Positions 26,237 through 39,520 of a stretch of DNA of 64,000 nt are shown here, in pieces (positions within the stretch are counted from its first letter, which is position 1; every line of letters starts with the position of its first letter). Origin of the DNA: Selaginella moellendorffii (lineage: Eukaryota; Plantae; Lycopodiophyta); NCBI RefSeq assembly GCF_000143415.4, contig NW_003314263.1, positions 1,546,596 through 1,610,595 of the forward strand, in the 5' to 3' direction. A program made the position numbers and the translations under genes. The notes beneath the pieces are model-generated. The model did no database searches, was not told where the DNA came from, and was given only the letters and a program-made list of their open reading frames with translations.

Positions 26237-26804
26237 GTGGAGTGGTGCCCCACTTGAGTACCTTGTGGCTCATTGGTCCTCGCCCTTCCTAGGGGCTTGG
26301 GCCTTCCCTTCGGGATGGAAGTGGGGGGGTAGAGGTACCCATATCGGGCCGTTAGGCCACGGTGTTTCGCCCCGACGTCCCGAAGCAAGTGCTACACACA
26401 AGGCTTGGGATTTAGAGGGTCCCATGATCAAGTCTTGTGGTACCAAGGGCTGTTAGGAATCTGGAGGCTTGGTGTGCTTGGCTGCTTGTGCTTGTGGGGA
26501 GTGTAGCCGAACCTTAAGTCCAGTCTAACCCGAGGAGGGGGATTGGGAGAGATTTTGGAATCCGTAGATGGATGGCTAACACTCCGTTGCTCGTGCAGTG
26601 AGTAATTGAAAACCAAGTAGGACCAAGTAGAAGCTGGTACCATAGGCGAGAAGCTTGGCGAGGGAACTTAGCACAAGCCAAGGCAGAGTTGGTCGGATAG
26701 ACGAGGTAAGTTGGCAAATTGGAAAGGAAAAATTTGTGGCTTACAATTTGGTATCAGAGCCTTTTCCTCAGTTCTAGCAAAGGATAGAGGCGGATTGCTG
26801 GGAG

Positions 26805-29800
26805 ATGGCAAGGGCGGGGTGTAAGCGAACCCAGGCGGAGATGGAACCTCCGCCAGAGCTAGAGCCTCCGGTCGAACAAGAGGCTATGGATGAGGAATTG
26901 TTGCATGAGGAGGACTCCAGTGAGGAAACTTCCAAACAGGAGTCCGGTGGCGAGGTTCGGTCGTCCAAGGCTCGATTGGACGTTCTAGAAGGACAATTGG
27001 CACAGACCAATGCCCTGCTGGAGAATCTCGTACGCAAGCTAAAGCGTGACAAGAAGTGGAAGAAAAAGCTAAAGACTGCGGATGCTGGTAGCGTAGAAGG
27101 TGCGGACCCTTCGGCAGGGACTGAGGTAAAACCAGACAAGGTCAAACAGACCGAAGTGGAATCAGTCCCTCAGGCAGTTCCCAAGTACAAACCAAAGCCC
27201 CCACCGGTCTTCAAGGGAGTGAACGACTATAAGGTGGTAGAGGAATTGTTTTACGATATGGAGGACTACTTCCGAGCGTTGCAATTACCGAGCTCGAAGA
27301 AGGTCCCATGTGCAAAACCATACTTGGCAGATAATGCCAAGTCTTGGTGGAGAACGACAAAGGCCAACGAAGGATTGGTGGCCACTTGGGAAATGATAAA
27401 GGCGAGGATCTGCGCAACTTACGTTCCTCCAAATGCTACTCTGCATCTAAGGGACGAGTTGAGTAGGCTGAAACAGACCGGAACCATTTAGGAGTATGTG
27501 AATGGGTTTATGGCAAAGAGGATACTTGTCATGGACATGGGGGATATGGATGCGTTCCATGCCTTCATATCAGGTTTGCAAACCTGGGCTTGCGGTGAAG
27601 TGATGCAGTGGAACCCGACCAACTACAAGGAAGCGTTGGATGCGGCCATTAAGGTGCATTTCAACGATAACCTACGAAAGGGGAATACGACGGGGTTGGG
27701 ATCCACGTTTAGCAAAGGGGCCAAACCAAGGGGAACATTTAGCAGAGGGAAATTCAAGAAGAGTTTCTCTAAGAATGAGTCCTCGGGTTCCGGAAAGGCA
27801 AATCCGGTGGCCACCGAGCGAGTACGTGGGGGAGTCAAGCGAAAAGAGACAAACCCACGGATAAGAAGGTCAAGTCATATAGCAGCGTGGGAAACAATGT
27901 ATGCTACAACTGTGGTGAAGCGGGACACTGTTCAAGGGAATGTCCCTACCCGAAGAAGGCCAGAGCTAATATGGCTATCAAGTCGGGTGAAGTCCAAACT
28001 GAGGTATGTGATTCAGTCCCTAACTCAAAGTTACTCATTACATGAGCAACTTTGGTAGAGAGTCGTTCACGACATCTACTAGCCCTTTGAGGGAAGCTCG
28101 GAGGCAGCTTTGTTAAGATCCTTATTGACACAAGTGCTTCAGATAATTTTGTGGCTGCAGACATAGTCCGGCAAGCCAGACTAACGGTGCAGCGGCTAAG
28201 CGAACCAAGGACTATAGAGTTTGTTCAAGGTAGCCAAAGCACCGATGAGGTACTTCGACAAGTGAGAGTCGAAGTAGGGACATGGAAAGTGGACATGGAT
28301 TTCACCGTGTTAGACATGGCGGGATTTGACGTGATCTTCGGAATGGACTGGTTCAATCGGTTCGTGATAGCCTTGCATGGACAAGGTAGGAACCTTGTGT
28401 TACTAGCGAATGCCCAAGGAAGAAGATCCAGGGTGGAGACCCAGGATCTAAAGGTAGGGCAATGCAAGGCCAAAGATTCGTGCTTAAACCTGGTGTCCAC
28501 GAGAGGACAACTCACAAAAAGGACTAAGGCTGCATTTTTGTGCTTACTCTCGGTGGGGAGTGACAAAAAGACAAGAATAGAAGAAGTACCTTTAGTGATC
28601 CATTGGGTGTTGGACCAATTCCAGGATACCATGCCGGAGGAGTTACCGGCGGGGTTGCCACCCGCACGACCGATAGAACATAAGATCGAGCTGGTCGAGG
28701 GTGCTGAGGCGGTGGTTCATCCCCCCTATCGTTTGATCGAGAAAGAACTCGAGGAGCTCAAGCACCAACTAGAGAAGTTGGTGGACAAAGGGTATGTTAG
28801 GTTGAGCAAGTCACCGTATGGGGTGCTGGTGTTATTTGTGAAAAAGAAAGATGGATCTATGCGCATGTGTATAGACTACCGGTTGCTCAACAAGTATACA
28901 AAGAAGAATAAGTGCCCTTTGCCCAGGATTGAGGACTTGTTCGATATTTTGGAAAGGCAAAATACTTCTCGAGGATTGACCTAAGGTCAGGATACTACCA
29001 GATCAGGGTAGCCGAGGAAGACGTCGAGAAGACAACCTGTCGAACGAGGTATGGGAGCTTTGAGTTTCTGGTGATGCCCTTCGGGCTATGCAATGCGCCG
29101 GCAACATTTTCGGCGCTGATGAACCACATCTTTGTACCCTATCTGGATCACTTCGTGGTCGTCTATATCGACGACATCCTGATCTATAGCGAGACGCTAG
29201 AGAAGCATGCCGAACACTTGGCGAAGGTGTTTGAGAAACTAAGGGAGCACAAGCTGTATGCTAAAGAGAGCAAATGTGACTTTGCTCAACAAGAGGTAAA
29301 GTTTCTCGGGCATGTGGTGGGCCAGGACGGGCTCAAGGTGGACCCGGAGAAGGTCCAAGCAATCCAGGAATGGGAGCGACCATTGAATGTACATGAGTTG
29401 AGGGCACTCCTGGGGCTATGCAACTACTATTGAAAGTTTATCAGACACTATTTGAGAGTAGCCTTACCCTTAACGGACCAAATAGGAAAAGGAAAGATGG
29501 TATGGACAACAGAATGCAAGATGGCATTCGTCCACCTCAAAGGGAAGTTGAGGAAGGCTCCCGTATTGGCATTACCAGACTTTGATAAGGACTTTGAGGT
29601 AGAAACATATGCTTTGGACTTTGCGTTGGGCGCAGTTTTGAAGCAAGACAACCATCCGGTAGCGTTCTTCTCGAAGAAGCTGGACAAGGCTCAACAGAAG
29701 TGGCCTGCCCATGAGAAGGAATTGTTTGCGGTGGTCAAGGCGCTCAAGGAGTGGCGACACTACCTTGAGAGACACTTCAAGGTTTACACGGACAATGTGG

Positions 29801-31564
29801 CAATGAAACACTTCTTGTCACAGCCCGACCTGAGAGGGAAACAAGGTCGGTGGGCCAATGCCTTGGCCAAGTTTGATTGCGAGATTCTATACAAGCCTTG
29901 GAAGAGCAACACCGTGGCGGATGCACTAAGTCAAAAAGCGAGCTTGAGGTTAGCAATATCCAATGCAATAGCAACCTTCTGGGATGATGTGCGGACAGCA
30001 TATGAGAACGATGGTCTAGCACAAGAAGTGTTGCTGAGGAATCTAGAGGTACGGGAAGCTCACTAGAGAGGTGAGCTACCAACGGAAGAGAAAACGGGCT
30101 ATGCGGAATGCAACAGACTCATCTATTACAAGCAAACAAGGGTGTATGTTCCAGAAGGGGAACTAAGGAAGGTAGCCTTAGAAGAGTGTCATGACGGACC
30201 TCTTGCGGGACACGGCGAAGTGCCCAAGACGATGGGCTTACTCAAGAGGAAGTACCATTGGCCAGATATGGCTAAGGACGTCCAAGATTATGTAAAGATA
30301 TGTCCAACATGTCAGCAGGTAAAAGCCGTGACTAAGGCTAGTGGGGGCTTGTTGCAAAGCATCCTCGTCCATGGAAATGTCTTACGATGGACTTCATCAC
30401 GGGACTCCCCCCAAGCGAGGGGTTTGATGCGATATTCGTGGTGGTGGACCGATTTTCGAAAATGGCACATTTCATATCCACCACAACGGAGGTGGATGCG
30501 GAAGGTGTGGCGAAGCTGTTCTTCGAACAAGTGGTTTGAGTGTGGGGAAGACCGGAAGAGATCATCTCAAATCGAGATAAGATCTTCACCAATAGGTTCT
30601 GGAGGACTCTCCTAGAACAGTATCACACCAAGTTGAAATTCAGCACAGCCTATCACCCACAGACATGTATGGGGTATTAGGTCAAGTTGTTGGCACTAAC
30701 ACTTCTTGACAGACGGACAAACGGAAAGGGTGAATAGGCAGCTAGAGGATTATTTGCGATGCTATGTCTCGGGAGACCAGACCGATTGGGTAAGTCATTT
30801 GGGACTTACGGAAATGTGTTATAACAACTCACCACATTCGAGTATCGGGGTGAGTCCATGGGAAGTCATCAATGGGCGAGCTATTGAAGGTCCTATGGAA
30901 CTCGACGTGGCCGAGTATCATGGAGAATTACCCGCAGTGGAGGCATTCACGGCGGAAAGACTCAGCATTTGGAATCTAGTGAGGGATTCCTTGGAATGGG
31001 CTCAACAAAGGCAAACCAAATATGTGAACCAGAAGCGTCGGGATGTAGAGTTCCAAGCTGGGGAGAAGGTGTGGCTGAACACCAAGAACCTCAGGCTACC
31101 AAGTGGGATCAGCCGAAAGTTGACCCAAAGGTAAAGATGCATGTATTCCTGTAAATGAATTGATCTTGAGTTCCTTAAGCAGGTTCACGGGGCCTTACAA
31201 GATTGAGGCACGAATCGGTAAAGTGGTTTACCGTCTCCAACTTCCTCGAGAGATAGGGAAGATGCACCTAGTGTTCCATATGAACTTACTCAAGCCGTAC
31301 TTTGAGGATTCGCTTCGCAAGGACCAAGTGAGACTTTTACCTGAGGTTATCCAAGGGGAAGAGGAATATGAAGTCGAGGCCATCCTCAATGCACACAAGA
31401 GCAAGCGACAAGGACGCGAGGTGAGAGAGTTCCATGTGAAGTGGACAGGATTTCCACACTGCGAAGCAACATGGGAACCGGAGGAGAACCTAGCAAACGC
31501 ACGAGATCTAGTGGAGGAATTTCTGCAAGGCAGAACTCTATGTACTTATGCAAAGTTCAATTAA
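26805..31564 (+). pseudogene. gag-pol: Decayed gag-pol-chromodomain of copy B
   Basis: Colinear with the polyprotein of A, but broken by several stops and frameshifts (e.g. 27489, 28088, ~28955, 29431, 30064). Confidence 0.93.
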
Positions 31565-34500
31565 AAATATCAATTTGCAAAGTTGAGCAAGTGGCATATG
31601 TTGGGACCCGAAAGCACGCCGAAGGTAAGCTAATTAGCATGGGTTAGCTAGGTCGACCAGGCGTAGGGCACTACGTCCGACTCCCCGCGGGGATGTCCAA
31701 TCCGTAGACGTATTCTACGGAGGTTGGGTTCGAGTCCCAACCCCCTAATAAAGCAAGGCTGGGTTCAAGTCCCGACCCCATACTAGGGCGTGGTGAGGTG
31801 AGGAGTATAGGGATACCTATACTCCGTTGTCATGGGCTCTTGGCCGGGGAGGCTAACTTAGGCATACCGCTAAGTGGGGGGATGCCCCTGGAGACATGGT
31901 CAACAAGTTGTAGGATAAAAAAGAGACGCTCGATGTGGGCATCGAACTTCTTCTATGGGTGGTGGAGTTGTAAGGAACTGACTCTCCGAGATGTCATAGG
32001 CTAAAGGATCCTCGAAAGCATGACTAAAATGACAAAGAGTTTATCGGATGGGACCGAGTCGAAGATCGAGTCCAAGACCGACTTTGAGACCGAGTTCGAG
32101 ATAGAGTCCGGGATCGAGTCCGAGACCAAATCGGAGACCGAGTTTGAGACAGAGTCTGAGATCCAAATCGGGTCCAAGACCGAGTCCGAGTCGAGTCCGA
32201 AGTCAAGTCCGAGATCGGGTCCAAGATCGAGTCCGAAATCGAGTCCAAGACCGAGTCCGAAGTCGGGTCCGAGATCGTCTCCGAGATCGATTCTGAGACT
32301 AAGTCCACATATTAATACAGCTGAAGGGGTGAAAGCCCAAAGCGTGTGTCTCCCGGGGGGGGGGGGGGGGGGCTGCAGGGGGTTCCAAAAGTATAGTAGG
32401 GATAGTGAGGTCCAGGAACCAGTCTTAAAAAAACTCTCTAGTGGGGCTTCCAAACCGACTTGAGGTTGAGATTGGGGCCGAGGGGCCTTGGGTGGGAGTG
32501 AGCATGGGCTTGAGTGGTGCCGAAGGGGCCACCCAGGGAAGTGCTCAAGAGCAGCTCCCACTCCCGAAAGGGAAACCGACTACGGTGCTCCCGGCTCGTG
32601 TGGAGTGGTGCCCCACTTGAGTACCTTGTAGCTCATTGGTCCTCGCCCTTCCTAGGGGCTTGGGCCTTCCCTTCGGGATGGAAGTGGGGGGGTAGAGGTA
32701 CCCATACCGGGCCGTTAGGCCACAGTGTTTCGCCCCGACGTCCCGAAGCAAGTGCTACACACAAGGCTTGGGATTTAGAGGGTCCCATGATCAAGTCTTG
32801 TGGTACCAAGGGGTGTTAGAAATCTGGAGGTTTGGTGTGCTTGGCTGCTTGTGCCTGCGGGGAGTGTAGCCGAACCTTAAGTTCAGTCTAACCTAGGGAG
32901 GGGGATTGGGAGAGATTTGGGAATCCGTAGATGGATGGCTAACACTCCGTTGCTCGTGCAGTGAGTAATTGAAACCAAGTAGGACCAAGTAGGAGCTAGT
33001 ACCATAGGCGAGAAGCTTGGCGAGGGAACTTAGCACAAGCCAAGGCAAAGTTGGTCGGATAAACGAGGTAAGCTGGCAAATTGGAAAGGAAAAATTTGTG
33101 GCTTACAATTATCTAGTTTGCTAAGTCAAATATTTATCTGGATCACATCCTCAACTCTCTGAGGAAAACTTTATACTATTTCCAAGATCCCAAAATCATT
33201 CCCTTATTAGCCCCTTTCTATTTAACACATTGCTAACATGTTCACATATGAAGTAAGGTGGAGAGTCATACCCTCTCAACATGCTACTCCTCAAGGATAG
33301 GCCCATTCCTGGGACGTTCCAATGTTAATACAAGTGGTGACATACTTCACCATTAATAAAAGTCAGACTAAGGAACAACTTTAATACCAAGTTGTAAGCA
33401 ATTAATTTTTCCATTCTACTTTAGCCACTTAACCACATTTTTTACCACTTGGAAGAGTCTCACTCACAAACTTTTATTCTTGACTTAGGGACATGCTAGC
33501 CCTATGAATAGCATTTATGCCACTTAGCCTTTGCACTTGGTCTAAGTGCTTCACATGTTTAATCCTATAATCGACACCCAAGGGTACCATTGACATATCA
33601 ACCTATTATGTTAAAACTATACCCATTCACCCTTGTCATATCGGTAGTCCAAGACCACTTGCATCATAATCTCATCTCTCAAAGATTGTGCCATTGTCCA
33701 TGAGTGGTCATCCCTTGACCACACATTAGCATCTTTAAAATGCTTGGAGACATAGGGAATACCCTTCCCTAAAATCCCATTTTTGGTTCCCACCAAATCC
33801 CTCTCCATCCATAACCATGCTTGCCAACATTGCCATTGGGTCAAGGCCCAAATGCCTAACCACTAACCTCTAAAATTTCCTTATCATGTGACTATATCCT
33901 TGGTCATTACACTATAAATTACTCTTCTTCCTTTATATAGTCCGAAACTTTAGGACAACATTTCAAAACACCATGGCCCTATGGGCACTTTCCCCACTTT
34001 CCACCTTTGGGTGCCCTAGCCATGTGGTTAGAGCAAGGTTCCAATGAACCACACTAAGTATCCAAGTAGGTAGTACCACCCACACTTGGATTAGGAGCAT
34101 TGACATTTGATCTCCCAAGGGAACTAAAGTTAGCTACCTTGCTTATTAGTCCGTATTCACTCTAGTCTTGGACTCCTCAATAGATATATCATTCAACACG
34201 TAGGTATAGCCTTCCTAGGTCACACTAGCCTTCCTGGTCAAATTGGTTCCACTAGAGTCCAACCTTTACACTCTCCCTCCTATACTTTTGGAACCCCCTA
34301 TAGCCCTCCTCTAGGGGATGATTGCTTTGAGTATTCGGACTCGGTCTTGGACTTAGACTCGCACTCGATCTCGGTCTTGGTCTTAATCTTGGGTCCATCT
34401 CAAACTCTTTCTTGGACTCCATCTCAGGTTCATCTCAAACTCCATCTTGGGTTCATTTAGGACTCTATCTCAAGTCCATTTTGGACTCCATCTTGGGTCT

Positions 34501-36164
34501 ATATCGGACTCCATTTCAGGTCCATCTCAAATTCTTTTGTGGACTCTTTCTCGACACTTCCACGTGTCATGTATTGGTCCTCTTATGTCCCTTTTCTAGA
34601 GACTCATTTATTGCTCGCTCTTTAAGCACTTCATTGGGAGTCCTACTCCCACTCTTGACTCTTCAAGTTAGAGTTTTTAGTCCAAACATGTTACGCTTGT
34701 TTGGCTTTTGCTTCCGCCACTACCACATGGCACCCTTTTGGCTCCACTTTGGGGCTTAGGGATTTGTGTCTCACATTCTTCTCTCCCTCTTCCAGATCAT
34801 TAGTTTTCTATGAATTATAGCCAAGTTTAAATACTGGATTGAATTAGAAGGGAGAATCAAGAATTGGCATTGAGATGTCATCTTGCTAAGCTGCCATTAA
34901 GAGATTTAGGAGTTCGTGTTGTTTCTTGCCTAGATTAGCAATTTATTCTAATGTAAAATTTAACTTAAAATAGAAAGTTGTATTGTAGTGGCCCATAACT
35001 AATTGTTATACTCATAATTGGTACATATACCCTAAGAAGTAATGGGGAGACAAAAGTGATAAAAACAAAGGGATAAAGTAAAATAAAATAAAAGGAAGTA
35101 TGAGATAAAAGGGAGAAATATTAAAGTCACACTTAGCATTATTGCACTACAATTAATATATACCAAGGATGAAATAAAAAATTTGACTTAATACCACCTT
35201 CAACAATTAAAGTTGAAATTTAAGATCATCCATATACACAATTAGGTCATCTTATCCTACACATATGCATGTGTACATCTATTGCCATAGAGAATAAAAA
35301 CCACACACATGTATACAATTGTTAACTTGACTTTATATCAACTAATATGGAGAGGTTAATAAAGAATATTTTATTATAAAAATGAACTTGGAAACTAAAT
35401 ATTAGATATTAGTGCCGATTGAACTCTTTAATGATACTTTAGAATGAAAAATAAAGGGTCATTGACTTATTCATAGGACCCTTCATTACTTGTATAACTT
35501 CTCATTTTCCAAAAAAATCACTATGTTAAAATTTTCCACCATAATAGTTCTAACAAGACATTGTTAATGCTAAGGCTTTCACCCAAGAAATAGAGGATGC
35601 CAATTCGGAAAATACTAACAACACCAATATAGAATATTGGCAGCAGCAATATTAAACTCTATAAACAAGATCATCTCCCACATAAAGTGGAATTAAAGTA
35701 TATGCATTGGAGATGTAATATCTCATATTATTGTGTAAATCAAAGTGCATTGTTAAAAATGGCTAGAACAAGTGTATGCATAAGTCCCTCAAGATCTTGA
35801 CGAAACATTAGCCACAACATTCTTAAATTGATTTGCTCAAACATATTTGATTCTACACAAAGCAAGAGGCTTATACCAAATTACACAACTCGGAGGTCCC
35901 ACGAGGTGCACGCAAGGATGTAAGATGATAAGGTCCCACGAGGTGCACGAAATAATGTAATTGCTAAAAAGCATCATCACAACCATCAACATATCTAAAT
36001 ATATGGTTAAAAATGTTTAAAAGAAGGCTCTAATCCAAATGAGTAGCTATTTAAACCATTATACCATTATAATGTTGTCCCTTGGAGATATGTGGGAAAC
36101 ACATACAAATACCAGGCATCATCCCAAGAATGATAGATGCAATTATTGTAAAGTAAAGTAATGC

Positions 36165-36460
36165 TTGGTTTGCTTAATATTAGTGTTATTTTACTTATTA
36201 ATCCAATTGTTTAAATAAAGTTTATAATTATAAGTATGTTTGTAATTTATAAACACAAGATTAATCTTATTTCATATCAATCATTAGATGATAGAATAAA
36301 AAAGAATATACTTTAAAGGGTTTAAGAAAGCTTATAAATTATAAACATGTTTATAAATTATAAATACGAGATTAATCTAAGTGAATAATTAGATTGATAA
36401 AATGTTCTAGAATATTTAAGCATATTTTAGGTATATTCACTACCATCCCAAGCAAACCAA
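36165..36460. repeat. AT-rich ~300-bp MITE-like repeat
   Basis: Bounded by inverted TTGGTTTGCTT/AAGCAAACCAA. An inverted homolog lies at 52156-52455. Confidence 0.55.
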
Positions 36461-36724
36461 AAATCACTTTTACATAAAGCTACCACTTTATTAATTACAT
36501 AAGATTCTTATTAACGATGATTTTATAAAAATAAAAAATGTATGGAAAAAATATTTTATTACCCTTAATCAGGAAACCACCACCTTTGCAAGTTACAAAA
36601 AACTGAGGGAGAAATGTAATTCCTAGCCGCGGCAGCTAATTACAATTCTTCCTCCTATCAATTGAGTTACTTGAGAGAAGTATTTTCCCAGTTTTAGGGT
36701 TTGTGAGGAGGTAGGGCGAGGGAA

Positions 36725-39331
36725 ATGGCGCCCAAGAGGCAATCTGCGCGGCTAATGCAGCAGAGGCTGCCAGAGGAGGAGCAAATGAGAATAGCGCTGG
36801 CAAATTCCATGAAGACTTTCAAGGAAGAGCAACGCCAATGTGCCGATCTCTCTCACTTGGACGACGTCAAGCTGGACGCTACGCAGCGCACGACGCAGGT
36901 TTTTCGTCGCAGGAAGCGTCCACGCCAGGTACGCCTCTGTTTGAGATCTTGTTGTCTAGAGGACAGTTCTTTAGATTTCTCCATTCTCGGTTTTTAGACA
37001 CTTGCCAGGTCCTTTGATTTCTTCGTGTGGGAATGGAGTAGATTGTTGGCGTGATCGATTTCGATGTTTTGCAGGAGGAGGACGAAGAGCCGGCGGTCTC
37101 AAACGGTGGAAACGATGAAAATTCTGGCAAAAGCCGGTATGTAGCTAGATCTCGCGAGCACTTGAACAAAAACTTATTGTTGTTTACGCAGGACTATGGA
37201 CGAGATTGTTGAGAGCACTGAGATCTTGAAGGTCGGTCTCATGAATTTTTTTTTCTTTCTTTGCTGATGTGCTGCTTACAGGACGCGCCGGCTACAGCCC
37301 GTTCTGCCGGAAAATCCAAGGTGACTCGGTCTTTTTCTTTCCTGGGTGATCCTTGATTTTTTCTTTTTTTCGCTTGTGTTCTAGCAGTCGAAAACAACTA
37401 AGCGCCAGAAATCCCTCAAGCGTCTGATACCCTCAACCAAAAAGTAGTCGGAGTGATGTTTTGGTGCCAAGCAAGCTGATGCCATTGTGTTGCAGAAAAA
37501 AGAAAAAGGACCTCGTTAGGAGTTACTTTGGATTCTCTGCGGTATAGTCAAGCGTTCGTTGGCTTTCAACTAAATGTTTTATTTGCAGCCTGGAAAACTA
37601 GAAGAGCCGTCGCCTGAAGGTTCCAATGAGGTGAGCCATTTACATTCTTGTGGTATGTAACAGCTGCCAATTCCAGGAAGTTTTTTTAGTTGACGATGAA
37701 GACCATCTACAAGATAGCGAACAGCAATTGAAGAGGTAATGTCGTGAAGCTTTGCTAGTCACGTTTTCCACCCTTTTAAGATCAGATGTGGAGTGAAATT
37801 TGCATATCCCTCTCGGTACGTATTTGTTATATAGCCACTTAACCTTCTGACTTCTCCAATCTTTAGTGATGATCCGGAAGCAGTAGAAGTCGAAGAACAC
37901 CATTTGCAATGTCTAGCGGAACGCGAGTATGTTAACGACACGATTATTGATTTGTATATCAAGTACGTTTCGCAAAGTTCTTACGGCTAAGGCCCAAGTT
38001 TATTTGTCACAGGTACATTCTTGTATCTCAATCTACAGAACTGGAGAGGTTTCACGTTTTTAACAGCTTTTTCTTCAAACGGCTCGCTCAAGCAGTTTGC
38101 GACGAGGTGACGCTAATTATCCTTTTTCATGTAAGAGATCATCTTTGTAGGACTACGTTGAAAGCGTTGGCAAGCTACGGAAATGGACGAAGGGCGTTGA
38201 CATCTATGACAAAGCCTACGTTTTGATGCCTGTCCATCAGCAGTGAGTTCGATTTTTTCGCTCTGTGGTTTCCTCTTGACACTTTTGCAGGATGCATTGG
38301 AGCCTTGTTGTGGTTTGTTTTTCAGGCCCGAAGCCTGGATGCCATATACTTCACCTTGATTCTATGCAAACTGGGCACGTTAGTCGTCCTATTTATGAGG
38401 TTGTTCGCCGGTACGTGAATTCTCGGGTTTTGGTTTGCCATTGCCTGGTTATTTGACAGGTACTTGGCGGCCGAATGGATTTCTCATGGTGGTGAGAACA
38501 AGGACTTTAAGAATGTTCACGAAAGGAAAGTAAAGGTATGCACGAGTCTCTTGCAACTTTTAAAGAGTCTGTCGTTCTTCTTTCCCTTCTGCAGGTGCCA
38601 AAGCAGCAAAACGAGTACGACTGTGGCCTTTTCATGCTTCATTACATTCAGCAGTTTTTGTCAAAGGCTCCAGCCAGTTTCAGCGACTCCATGGTCAAGG
38701 ACATGGTAGTAAGTTTTTGGTGAAACACGAGTTCTTACCGTGAGCTCCTTTTGTTTTGCAGCATGCATGGTTCTCACTAGCCGAAGCATCCAAACTTCGG
38801 ACCACCATCCGGGACATCACGGACAAGATATTCTTCCCGAAAGAAGGTAAAGAGGAACCGCCGGCGTTGGATTCGGTCGCTATCGACGGGGCTACGAAGC
38901 CAGAGTCAGAACAGGATCCTTCAGCTGCATTCATCAACGAAGCAACTGTTGAAGGCTCGAATGGCGATAACACCACCCAGCAAGCAGTGACAAATGATAC
39001 CACCCAGCAAGCAGTGGTGAATGATAACACCAACCAGCAAGCAGTGACGAATGATCCAGCAAGTGTTCCCAGCAGTGAGGAGAGACGCGATGATGATCCA
39101 ACAAGTGTTCCCAGCAGTGAGGAGAGACGCGATGATGATCCAGCAAACGTTCCCAGCAAGGAGGAGATACGCGATGACCACCCAGCAGGAAATCCTAGCA
39201 GCGAGGAGATACTTCCAGCTAGCACTGGCAACGATCCGGCAAACAATCCCAGCACTGAGGAGACGGGAAGAAGTGATCCAGATGGGATGGTTCCGGGAGA
39301 AAGTCACGAAGATCATCCAGCGAGCAGCTAG
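36725..39331 (+). CDS. Ulp1-family (C48) SUMO protease, multi-exon
   Basis: Exons separated by short GT-AG introns encode EYVNDTIIDLYIK, FHVFNSFFFKRL, WTKGVDIYDKAYVLMPV, HWSLVVVCF, ILHLDSM and VPKQQNEYDCGLF, so the His-Asp-Cys triad is intact. The tail is acidic and repetitive. Confidence 0.88.
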
Positions 39332-39520
39332 ACTGAGCAAAGCGATGTGATCCAGCCACAAATCCGAGCAGCGAGAAGAAATGCGACGAAGATCCACAGC
39401 AGTGACGACGATGTACCCGTGACAAGTACATAAAACCATGTATTATAAACATTGATCAATTGTACGGAGGATTTATATAGTACGGATGATCTATTCGTTA
39501 AGTTTTTTAGGGTTCTTTAA

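Larger units (their letters stand above)
23704..33107 (+). mobile_element. Ty3/gypsy chromovirus copy B
   Basis: 5' LTR 23704-26745 (split by a solo X LTR). PBS TGGTATCAGAGC at 26749-26760. PPT 31955-31968. 3' LTR 31969-33107. TSD ATTAT at 23699-23703 and 33108-33112. Confidence 0.95.
3232..34775 (-). mobile_element. Old, internally deleted family-X LTR element (Y), the basal host of the nest
   Basis: Truncated LTR ends at 3541 and is followed by PPT revcomp actccaccacccat. The other LTR is 33393-34775, preceded by a degenerate PBS (aatacca). The ~1-kb internal pieces 3542-4102, 23523-23703 and 33113-33392 are homologous to the X internal sequence. The left boundary is approximate. Confidence 0.75.

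Noticed and set aside
31722-31777. tRNA gene
   Set aside because: Only T-arm-like hairpins are present, with no convincing D-arm/A-box or complete cloverleaf.
36165-39331. Ulp1 as cargo of a Mutator-like transposon
   Set aside because: No transposase, long TIRs or 9-bp TSD were seen around the gene.
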